Positions 7,727 to 13,998 of a stretch of 13,998 bases of DNA are shown one piece after another. Positions within the stretch are counted from its first letter, which is position 1. Each line of letters starts with the position of its first letter. The notes below the pieces were generated by a model that was not told where the DNA came from, made no database searches, and saw only the letters and a program-made list of their open reading frames with translations. A program made the translations under genes and the position numbers. Origin of the DNA: Trueperaceae bacterium (GTDB lineage: Bacteria; Deinococcota; Deinococci; Deinococcales; Trueperaceae); contig DASSXV010000032.1 in NCBI GenBank assembly GCA_035703635.1, forward strand, positions 1 through 13,998. The letters are read 5' to 3'.

Positions 7727-9199
7727 ATGGCCGCGAACAACGAGTGCGATCTGCTCATCAAGAACGTACGCCTAGCCAGACCCCACGGGTCCGACACGCC
7801 TGTGACGGACGTGGCGATCAAAGATGGAAAGTTCCACCGCATCGCGCCAGGCATAGCGGTCGATGGCGCGCGCGAGGTGGTCGATGGCGGCGGCCTACTG
7901 GCGTTCCCTGGCTTGGTCGACGGGCATATGCACGTTGGCATCTACTCCCCGCTCGAGCAAGACGCGGTAACGGAGAGCAAGGCCGCCGCCATGGGCGGTG
8001 TAACGAGCGCCTTGACCTACTTTCGCACGGGAGACTACTACCTCAACCGTGGCGGACCGTACGCGGACTTCTACCCTGAAGTCCTACGCCGCTCCGCAGG
8101 CAGGTACTGGGTGGATTACGGCTATCACCTGGCGCCGATCAACCGCTCGCATATCGACGAAATGCCCATGCTGCTAGACGAACACGGCGTGTCATCGTTC
8201 AAGATCTTCATGTTCTACGGCGGGCACGGCCTGCACGGCCGCTCGAGTTCACAGCGCAACTTCCTGCACCTTGAGGAGGGCGAGACTTACGACTTCGCCC
8301 ACTTCGAGTTCATCATGCGCAAGCTCTCGGCCATGATCGCCGACGACCCCAAGCGGGGGGAGCACATCTCCCTAAGCCTCCACTGCGAGATCGCAGACAT
8401 TCTCAACGCCTACACGGCGATCGTCGAGCGCGACGGCAAGCTCAAGGGCCTCCACGCTTACAACGCCGCGCGGCCGCCGCACTCGGAGGGGTTGGCGGTG
8501 TTCATAGCCTCCTACCTCGCGTACGAGACCTCGTTGGCGAACATCAACCTCCTGCACCTCAGTGGCCGCAAGGCGCTCGAGGCTGCCCTGATGATGGAGG
8601 GCCTCTTCCCGCACATTTCGTTCAAGAAGGAAGTCACCATCGGTCACCTCCTCCTTGACATCGATAGTCCCGCCGGGCCCCTCGCGAAGGTCAACCCGCC
8701 GATTCGTCCACGCGCCGACGTGGAGTACTTGTGGGAGCAGGTGCTTGCCGGCAACGTCGACTGGATCGTGAGTGACCACGCGTGCTGCAAGGCCGAGATC
8801 AAGGTCTCAGAGGAGCATCCGGACGACATCTGGCTGGCCAAGTCGGGCTTCGGCGGCACCGAATACCTCCTTTCTGGGCTCTTCAGCGAGGGCTCGAAGA
8901 GAGGCCTGTCACCAAACCGGGTAGCCGAACTCACGAGCTTCAACCCCGCCAAGCGCTACGGGTTAGGAGCCAAAGGTGATGTGGCTGAGGGCCTCGATGC
9001 AGACCTGGTACTCCTCGACCCGAACAAGAGCTTTGTCGTAAGGGCCGCGGACGCCGAGTCGGGGCAGGGCTACACGCCGTTCGAGGGGCAGGAGCTGACC
9101 GGCAAGGTCATGAAGACTTACCTGCGCGGGAACCTCGTATATGACGACGGAAACATCGTCGGACCGGCGAGAGGGCAGTACCTGCGGCGGCCGAGTTAG
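7727..9199 (+). CDS. Cyclic amidohydrolase (allantoinase/dihydroorotase/hydantoinase family), binuclear metal site
   Basis: PGLVDGHMH (HxH), ESKAAAMGGVT, FKIFM (Lys normally carboxylated), LHCE, LLHLS, KVNPPIR, SDHAC, NPAKRYGL..KG....G.DADLV, TPFEG.EL.G. SD AAGGAGG at 7716-7722. Confidence 0.92.
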   Translation: MAANNECDLLIKNVRLARPHGSDTPVTDVAIKDGKFHRIAPGIAVDGAREVVDGGGLLAFPGLVDGHMHVGIYSPLEQDAVTESKAAAMGGVTSALTYFRTGDYYLNRGGPYADFYPEVLRRSAGRYWVDYGYHLAPINRSHIDEMPMLLDEHGVSSFKIFMFYGGHGLHGRSSSQRNFLHLEEGETYDFAHFEFIMRKLSAMIADDPKRGEHISLSLHCEIADILNAYTAIVERDGKLKGLHAYNAARPPHSEGLAVFIASYLAYETSLANINLLHLSGRKALEAALMMEGLFPHISFKKEVTIGHLLLDIDSPAGPLAKVNPPIRPRADVEYLWEQVLAGNVDWIVSDHACCKAEIKVSEEHPDDIWLAKSGFGGTEYLLSGLFSEGSKRGLSPNRVAELTSFNPAKRYGLGAKGDVAEGLDADLVLLDPNKSFVVRAADAESGQGYTPFEGQELTGKVMKTYLRGNLVYDDGNIVGPARGQYLRRPS

Positions 9200-10500
9200 C
9201 GGAGTGAGCTGAGTTGTTCGCCACTGGCGCCCAGCGCTCCCTCACGCGCCAGCGCCCGCCCAGCCAACCACCCGGTCGTCCACGCGCTCTGGAAGTTGAA
9301 CCCACCCGTTATGCCGTCGATGTCGAGTACCTCGCCCGCGAAATGCAGTCCGGGCACGACCCGGCTCTCCATGGTGGCGAAGTCGACTTCCTTCAGCCGG
9401 ACGCCACCGCACGTCACGAACTCTTCCTTGAAGACGCCCTTGCCGGTTATTTCGTAGCGACCAGCGTGCACTTCGTGCGTGAGCGCCGCTACGAGCGACT
9501 TGGGTGCATCGCCCCAGCGTAGTTGCTCGTCTGCGCCCGCGGCCGCAGCTAGCGAGCGCCATAACCGCTGCGGCAGGTCGAGTGCGCCTGCTGCGAGGAC
9601 GGTGCGGCGGGCGTCGGCCTGCTTCGCGGCGATCAGCTCGCTGCGAACGGCTTCCTCGGTGAGGTCTGGGCGCCAGTTGACCGTCACGCCGAGTTGGTAG
9701 CCGTGGTCGTGGAGCGGCCGAGCGCCCCAAGCCGACGCCTTCAGAACGGCCGGACCGGAGAGGCCCCAGTGAGTTATGAGCAGCGGGCCGTCGTGGGACT
9801 CCTTTACTCCGTCCAGGCGCACGCGTCCATCCTGCACGGAAACGCCCGCTAGGCCGTGCAGGCGCGGGTCGTCGATCTTGAAGGTGAACAGGGACGGCAC
9901 CGGCGGCTCGACGGTGTGCCCCAAGTCCGCAGCCCAACGGTAGCCCGCCGGCGCACCGCCGGTGGCGAGCAGGACGCGGTCGGCGGCGACTGCGCTGCCG
10001 TCCTTCAACCGGAGGAGGAACCTGGCGGCGGCTCCTTCCGCAGGATGCCCGTCGCCTGTGGGTTCGTGCACCTCGACGCTGACCACGGCCGCTCCGGTGC
10101 GCACCTCGACCCCCGCATCTCTCGCGGCGCCAACGAGGCAGTCGATGATGGTGGCAGAGTCGTCGGTGGTTGGGAACATGCGGCCGTCGGCCTCGGTCTT
10201 GAGTTGCACGCCGCGCTGCGCGAACCACGCCACCGTCTCCCGCGGTCCGAAACGCGTGAGCGGGCCTAACAACGCGCGGCCGCCCCGAGGATAGTTCCGT
10301 ACGAGCAGCGCCGGGTCGGGCTGGTCGTGGGTGACGTTGCAGCGGCCGCCACCCGAGATGCGCACCTTCGACAGCACAACCTGGCTGGCCTCGAGGATGG
10401 TTACGCGCGCCGCCCGGTTAGCTTCCTGGCAAGTTATGGCCGCGAAGAAGCCGGCGGCGCCGCCACCTACGATCACTATGCGTTGGCCGGTGCTGCGCAT
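9196..10500 (-). CDS. HI0933/YhiN/BaiN-family NAD(P)/FAD-dependent oxidoreductase
   Basis: GGGAAG, K..ISGGGRCNVT, GRMFP, LATGG, LITHWGLSGPAVL, VTCGGV, GL.FAGEVLDIDG.TGGFNFQ.AW.TG. Confidence 0.95.
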   Translation of the reverse strand: MRSTGQRIVIVGGGAAGFFAAITCQEANRAARVTILEASQVVLSKVRISGGGRCNVTHDQPDPALLVRNYPRGGRALLGPLTRFGPRETVAWFAQRGVQLKTEADGRMFPTTDDSATIIDCLVGAARDAGVEVRTGAAVVSVEVHEPTGDGHPAEGAAARFLLRLKDGSAVAADRVLLATGGAPAGYRWAADLGHTVEPPVPSLFTFKIDDPRLHGLAGVSVQDGRVRLDGVKESHDGPLLITHWGLSGPAVLKASAWGARPLHDHGYQLGVTVNWRPDLTEEAVRSELIAAKQADARRTVLAAGALDLPQRLWRSLAAAAGADEQLRWGDAPKSLVAALTHEVHAGRYEITGKGVFKEEFVTCGGVRLKEVDFATMESRVVPGLHFAGEVLDIDGITGGFNFQSAWTTGWLAGRALAREGALGASGEQLSSLR

Positions 10501-10506
10501 CGGGGC

Positions 10507-10512
10507 ATGTTA
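10507..10512 (-). promoter_or_regulatory. -10 element of a probable leaderless transcript (HI0933-family gene)
   Basis: Minus strand reads GG-TAACAT-GCCCCG-ATG: TAnnnT exactly 6 nt before the start, no SD, no recognisable -35. Confidence 0.6.
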
Positions 10513-10543
10513 CCGGCAGAGGCGGGGTCCGCGTTACTTGGCG

Positions 10544-11455
10544 CTAGGCACGCAGCACTTGGCGGCTGCGGCGGTTGCTAAGGATTGTCGCGAGGTGCTC
10601 CTCTAGCGCCGCCAATTCCAGCCCAAACGCTTCGACCGCCGGTCGGGGATCCCCAGTGTTACCCGCGAGGAGCATGATCAGCTCGTCACGTGTAATCGGG
10701 GGGTTCGGGAGCAGTCTGAACAACGCAACGCCCACGCGCATGAGCGGCAGCGGAATGTTCACGAGCGGCCTGTTCAGCCCAAGGGTTTCGCGCACCAAGA
10801 CGAGCAACTCCCGGAGCGTGTACTCGCGAGGGCCGACCAAATCGAAACTGCCACCTACCGTGGTCGGGCGCTCGAGCGCGCGAACGAACGCCGTGGCAAC
10901 GTCATCGATCCACACGGGACTGAACGGGTATTCGCCGCTCCCTACCACCGGAATGACCGGCGGCTGGGTGACGAGATTGCGGAGCGTCCCTCCGAAGAAG
11001 GCATCGCCAACACCGAAGATCAGGCTCGGCCGCATGATGGTCCAAGCGGCAGCCGACGACCGCACTAGCTCCTCGGCCGCCGCCTTGCTGCGGTGGTAGC
11101 CGCTGCTGGAACCAACGCCTGCGCCGAGGGCGCTCATGTGTACCAGCCGCGGCACCCCAGCTCTAGCGGCCGCGGCGAGTACGTTGCGCGTGCCTTCGAC
11201 GTGGACCCGCTCGAACGTCGCGCCGCCGCGCTCCCGGATGATGCCGACAAGGTGAACGACGGCGTCCACGCCGCTCATGGCGGCCGCGAGACCCTCGCTA
11301 GTTACGACGTCGCCTTGCAGGCTGGCGACCGTCGCTGGCAACTCGGTCGACCGCTGCAGGCGGCCGAAGGTAGTGACTTGCATGCCAGCGTCCAACAGGT
11401 GCTTCACGACGTGGCCGCCAACGAAGCCGGTGGCGCCGGTGACGAGAACCCTCAT
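10544..11455 (-). CDS. NDUFA9-like atypical SDR / NAD-dependent epimerase-dehydratase family protein
   Basis: VLVTGATGFVG, DAVVHLVGIIRE, F.RVHVEGTRNV, HMSALGA, YHRSKAAAE (YxxxK), TIMRPSLIFG.GD, P..IDDVA, PPITRDEL.ML. Confidence 0.92.
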   Translation of the reverse strand: MRVLVTGATGFVGGHVVKHLLDAGMQVTTFGRLQRSTELPATVASLQGDVVTSEGLAAAMSGVDAVVHLVGIIRERGGATFERVHVEGTRNVLAAAARAGVPRLVHMSALGAGVGSSSGYHRSKAAAEELVRSSAAAWTIMRPSLIFGVGDAFFGGTLRNLVTQPPVIPVVGSGEYPFSPVWIDDVATAFVRALERPTTVGGSFDLVGPREYTLRELLVLVRETLGLNRPLVNIPLPLMRVGVALFRLLPNPPITRDELIMLLAGNTGDPRPAVEAFGLELAALEEHLATILSNRRSRQVLRA

Positions 11456-11461
11456 GGGGTC

Positions 11462-11467
11462 AGTTTA
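11462..11467 (-). promoter_or_regulatory. -10 element of a probable leaderless transcript (NDUFA9-like gene)
   Basis: Minus strand reads TAAACT-GACCCC-ATG: TAnnnT exactly 6 nt before the start, no SD. Confidence 0.6.
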
Positions 11468-11469
11468 GG

Positions 11470-11498
11470 CCGTGGCCGGGCCGGAAGCCCGGTCACGG
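11470..11498. repeat. 12-bp inverted repeat between divergent genes
   Basis: CCGTGGCCGGGC (11470-11481), 5-nt loop CGGAA, GCCCGGTCACGG (11487-11498); 11 of 12 pairs Watson-Crick plus one G-T. Confidence 0.7.
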
Positions 11499-11515
11499 GC
11501 CGGACACCCGACCCG

Positions 11516-11524
11516 TGCCAGAAT
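11516..11524 (+). promoter_or_regulatory. Possible extended -10 (TGnCAGAAT) for the LLM gene
   Basis: TG-C-CAGAAT ends 8 nt before ATG 11533; no convincing SD. Confidence 0.35.
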
Positions 11525-11532
11525 CGACGGAT

Positions 11533-12558
11533 ATGACGAAGAGCATCGGCTTCCTCTCGTTCGGGCACTGGACACCGTCCCCGCACTCGCAAACGCGCAC
11601 AGCATCGGATGCCTTGCTGCAAGCCATCGACCTGGCCGTGGCCGCGGAGGAGTTGGGGGCTGACGGGGCGTACTTCCGCGTGCATCACTTCGCGCGGCAA
11701 CTTGGCTCGCCGTTCCCGCTGTTGGCCGCCATCGGAGCTAAGACCTCGCGCATCGAGATCGGCACTGCCGTCATAGACATGCGCTACGAGAACCCGATGT
11801 ACATGGCTGAGGACGCTGGCGCCGCCGACCTCATCGCGGGCGGGCGCCTGCAGCTTGGCATCAGCCGCGGGTCGCCTGAGCAGGTCGTCGATGGCTGGCG
11901 CTACTTCGGGTACGCGCCGGAGGAAGGCGAGGACGACGCCGACATGGCCCGGCGCCACGCGATCAAGTTCCTCGACGTGCTGCGTGGCGTGGGCTTCGCG
12001 CGGCCGAACCCCCGACCGATGTTCGCTAACCCACCTGGCCTGTTGCGCCTGGAGCCGTACTCGGCCGGCTTGCGTGAGCGGATCTGGTGGGGCGCCGGAT
12101 CGGACGCCACGGCCGCCTGGGCGGGCCGGCTAGGCATGAACCTGCAAAGCTCGACCCTCAAGTTCGACGAGACCGGCAAGCCGTTCCACATCCAGCAGGC
12201 CGAGCAGATCCGCGTGTTCCGTGAAGCCTGGCGCGAGGCTGGTCATCCTGGGGAGCCGCGCGTGTCCGTTAGCCGCAGCATCTTCGCGCTAGTGGACGAC
12301 CGCGACCGCGCCTACTTCGGCCGTGAACAGAACGACGCTGATCAGATAGGCTTCATCGACGAGAAGACGCGGGCCATCTTCGGCCGCAGTTACGCCGCCG
12401 AACCGGACGTGCTCGTCAAGCAGCTAGCAGAGGACGAGGCGATCGCGGAGGCCGACACGCTCCTCCTCACCGTTCCGAACCAGCTTGGGGTCGAGTACTG
12501 CGCGCACAGCATCGAAGCCGTACTCAAGTACGTGGCGCCCGGGCTCGGCTGGCGTTAA
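11533..12558 (+). CDS. LLM-class (luciferase-like) flavin-dependent oxidoreductase
   Basis: IGFLSFGHW, AEELGADGAYFRVHHF, P.PLLAAI...TSRIEIGTAV, ENP..MAEDA..ADLI.GGRLQLGISRG. ATG 11533 (MTKSIGFLSFG) is preferred to GTG 11515 because family members as I recall them begin directly at this first strand. Confidence 0.93.
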   Translation: MTKSIGFLSFGHWTPSPHSQTRTASDALLQAIDLAVAAEELGADGAYFRVHHFARQLGSPFPLLAAIGAKTSRIEIGTAVIDMRYENPMYMAEDAGAADLIAGGRLQLGISRGSPEQVVDGWRYFGYAPEEGEDDADMARRHAIKFLDVLRGVGFARPNPRPMFANPPGLLRLEPYSAGLRERIWWGAGSDATAAWAGRLGMNLQSSTLKFDETGKPFHIQQAEQIRVFREAWREAGHPGEPRVSVSRSIFALVDDRDRAYFGREQNDADQIGFIDEKTRAIFGRSYAAEPDVLVKQLAEDEAIAEADTLLLTVPNQLGVEYCAHSIEAVLKYVAPGLGWR

Positions 12559-12983
12559 CTGGCTGGGCTAAGCGCCCACGGCCACACAACGCACGAAGCC
12601 ACCTCAGGCAGCACGACCAGGTCGGCTTTGCCCTTGAACGCGAGGGTCGTCACCTCACAACCAGCCAGGTGTTGGCGGGCGACGGCCATGGTAGCGCCGC
12701 TCACGCTGACGTCATCGACGAGCAGCACGCGGCTGCCCGGAGCCGGGCCATCGAACGGCTCGAGCAGGGTGGGAGCCTCGCGCCGCGGCTTGTTGTCGGG
12801 GTCGCGGAAGTTCAGATGGATGATCTTCAAAGGCGCCCCCAGGTGGTAGGCGACTAGGCTGGCTGGCACCACGCCGCCGGTCGCGATGCCAACGACGACA
12901 TCGACCTCCGGCAGCCCCAATGCCCTCAGGCGCCGGGAGACGTCCTGAAAGTCGAGCTCGAGCTTGGGTGAGGCGACGGTCAC
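12555..12983 (-). CDS. Type I phosphoribosyltransferase (Gpt/6-oxopurine PRTase-like), compact 142 aa
   Basis: DVVVGIATGGVVPA.LVAY.L (PPi loop), VLLVDDVSVSGATM (PRPP-binding motif) and C-terminal VVWPW. The GTG start overlaps the upstream TGA (12980-12983). Confidence 0.88.
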   Translation of the reverse strand: MTVASPKLELDFQDVSRRLRALGLPEVDVVVGIATGGVVPASLVAYHLGAPLKIIHLNFRDPDNKPRREAPTLLEPFDGPAPGSRVLLVDDVSVSGATMAVARQHLAGCEVTTLAFKGKADLVVLPEVASCVVWPWALSPAS

Positions 12984-13510
12984 CTTGAGCTCGGCCGGCC
13001 CGCGAGCCTCACGACCAGCAGATTGACGACGACAAGCACCACGAGGCCAGGCAGCGCGTTGACGACGGAGGCCGACAAGTAACCGAGCGGTAGCGCCGGT
13101 ATGAGCGCGGTGACGCTAAGAACGCCAGCCGCAACGACTTTGGCGATCAGGTACGCGATTGGTGCGTTGATCACCGAGCGCCGCCAAACGCGCGTGAGGG
13201 CGAGCGCGGCGACGGTGAAGGCGCACAGTTCCACGGTGAGGAGCACGGCCATCTCGAGCGTTGGCTGACCGGTTAGTGAGCGGTTGAGGAGCGGCGTTGC
13301 CAACGATGCCACCAGCGCAGCGACTGGGTGGAACAGCAACACCGCGATGAACGGCGCGATGAACAGCGGTAACAACACTGCGCCCATGGGCGTGGCGCCA
13401 ACCGGGGGCAGCATGTGTACGAAGAACGGCAATGCCACCGCGAACAGCACCGTCAGCAGCGTGGCGGGGACGGCGAACTTGCGAGTGGCGAGGGCGGGGA
13501 GGGTTGTCAT
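12980..13510 (-). CDS. Integral membrane protein, probable ECF transporter S-component
   Basis: 176 aa with about 5-6 hydrophobic segments and the pattern AVALP..VH......G..LLP.F.....A............PLL...LTG.P..........EL, plus C-terminal ..LPG.VV, recalled from ECF S-components. SD AAAGGA lies upstream of the ATG. Confidence 0.65.
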   Translation of the reverse strand: MTTLPALATRKFAVPATLLTVLFAVALPFFVHMLPPVGATPMGAVLLPLFIAPFIAVLLFHPVAALVASLATPLLNRSLTGQPTLEMAVLLTVELCAFTVAALALTRVWRRSVINAPIAYLIAKVVAAGVLSVTALIPALPLGYLSASVVNALPGLVVLVVVNLLVVRLAGRPSSR

Positions 13511-13541
13511 GTAGATGGTCCTTTCGAGGGTGAGGACGCCT

Positions 13542-13998
13542 TCACGTCACCGCAGTGAGTTCACGTGCGTCAGGCGCCAGCTCACGCATGCGCAGCACTT
13601 CGCGGACGAACGCTAACGAAGTCGGTTCGATCTGGTAACTGACCGTAAGCACGGCTCCGGCAGGTTCCCATGACAGGACGCGGTCATGAATGGACTGCGT
13701 GTCAACTACGACCTGAGCTGATCGCACCATGGCCCGAGCTTCGGGTGAGTCGATCAGCGCGGCGGACTGAGGCGCCGTCCGCGCGTAAGTCTTTACCATC
13801 CTCACGAGCCGCTCGAGGGTAGGTGCGTTCGACGCCACGACGTTGATGGTCGATCTTGGGTCGAGCTGCGCGAACGTCACGAGCGTGTCGGTGGTTGGGA
13901 CCACGTTGACGTTGAGCAATGTCCGTTCAGGCCCGAGCATCGCCGAGACTTCCTCGTAGTGGAAGGGCGTCGTGAGGAAGATGTCGTGCGGCCCGCAG
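13542..13998 (-). CDS. C-terminal part of a protein truncated at the right edge; resembles the effector domain of long (PlmA-like) GntR regulators
   Basis: The frame is open to the window edge (..CGPHDIFLTTPFHYEEVSAMLGPER..), so ATG 13940 is internal. The D..lTTxFHxxEV and terminal YQIEPTSLAFVREVL patterns resemble such GntR C-termini; no HTH is visible in the window. Confidence 0.5.
   Translation of the reverse strand, partial: CGPHDIFLTTPFHYEEVSAMLGPERTLLNVNVVPTTDTLVTFAQLDPRSTINVVASNAPTLERLVRMVKTYARTAPQSAALIDSPEARAMVRSAQVVVDTQSIHDRVLSWEPAGAVLTVSYQIEPTSLAFVREVLRMRELAPDARELTAVT

Noticed and set aside
7727-9199. Assigning pyrC or allB to the amidohydrolase, and liv or gpt symbols to the transporter and PRTase
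   Set aside because: Family membership is clear but specificity motifs diverge and the context does not support those exact functions.
9242-10228. 328-aa same-strand alternative-frame ORF inside the HI0933-family gene
   Set aside because: Arg/Pro/Gly-rich shadow ORF expected in high-GC DNA, with no recognisable motifs.
1-13998. CRISPR arrays, tRNA/rRNA, IS/transposase, integrase or defence genes
   Set aside because: No periodic repeats, RNA-gene signatures or such protein motifs were seen; almost all sequence is accounted for by metabolic CDSs.

Overview
GC-rich, gene-dense bacterial window of about 14 CDSs, with no RNA genes, CRISPR arrays or mobile elements visible. Positions 1-9199 form a divergently arranged catabolic locus. 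The minus-strand operon encodes a LivJ/K-fold substrate-binding protein, a SnoaL/NTF2-like protein, LivH- and LivM-type permeases, a fused LivG-LivF double ATPase, a family III CoA-transferase and a CitE-like lyase (truncated, absent from the ORF track). The plus-strand pair is a GntR/HutC(UTRA) regulator and an allantoinase/dihydroorotase-like cyclic amidohydrolase. The two units share interlocked sigma70-type promoters built on a perfect TTGACAG-G-CTGTCAA palindrome. The right part holds a HI0933/BaiN flavoprotein, an NDUFA9-like SDR, an LLM flavin monooxygenase, and a probable GntR + ECF S-component + phosphoribosyltransferase module. Three genes have a -10 hexamer exactly 6 nt before the ATG and no SD, which suggests leaderless mRNAs. 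This style is typical of Deinococcota/Actinomycetota; the taxonomy is inference only. The best candidates for undescribed systems are the amidohydrolase/SnoaL/CoA-transferase/CitE pathway and the S-component/PRTase salvage module.
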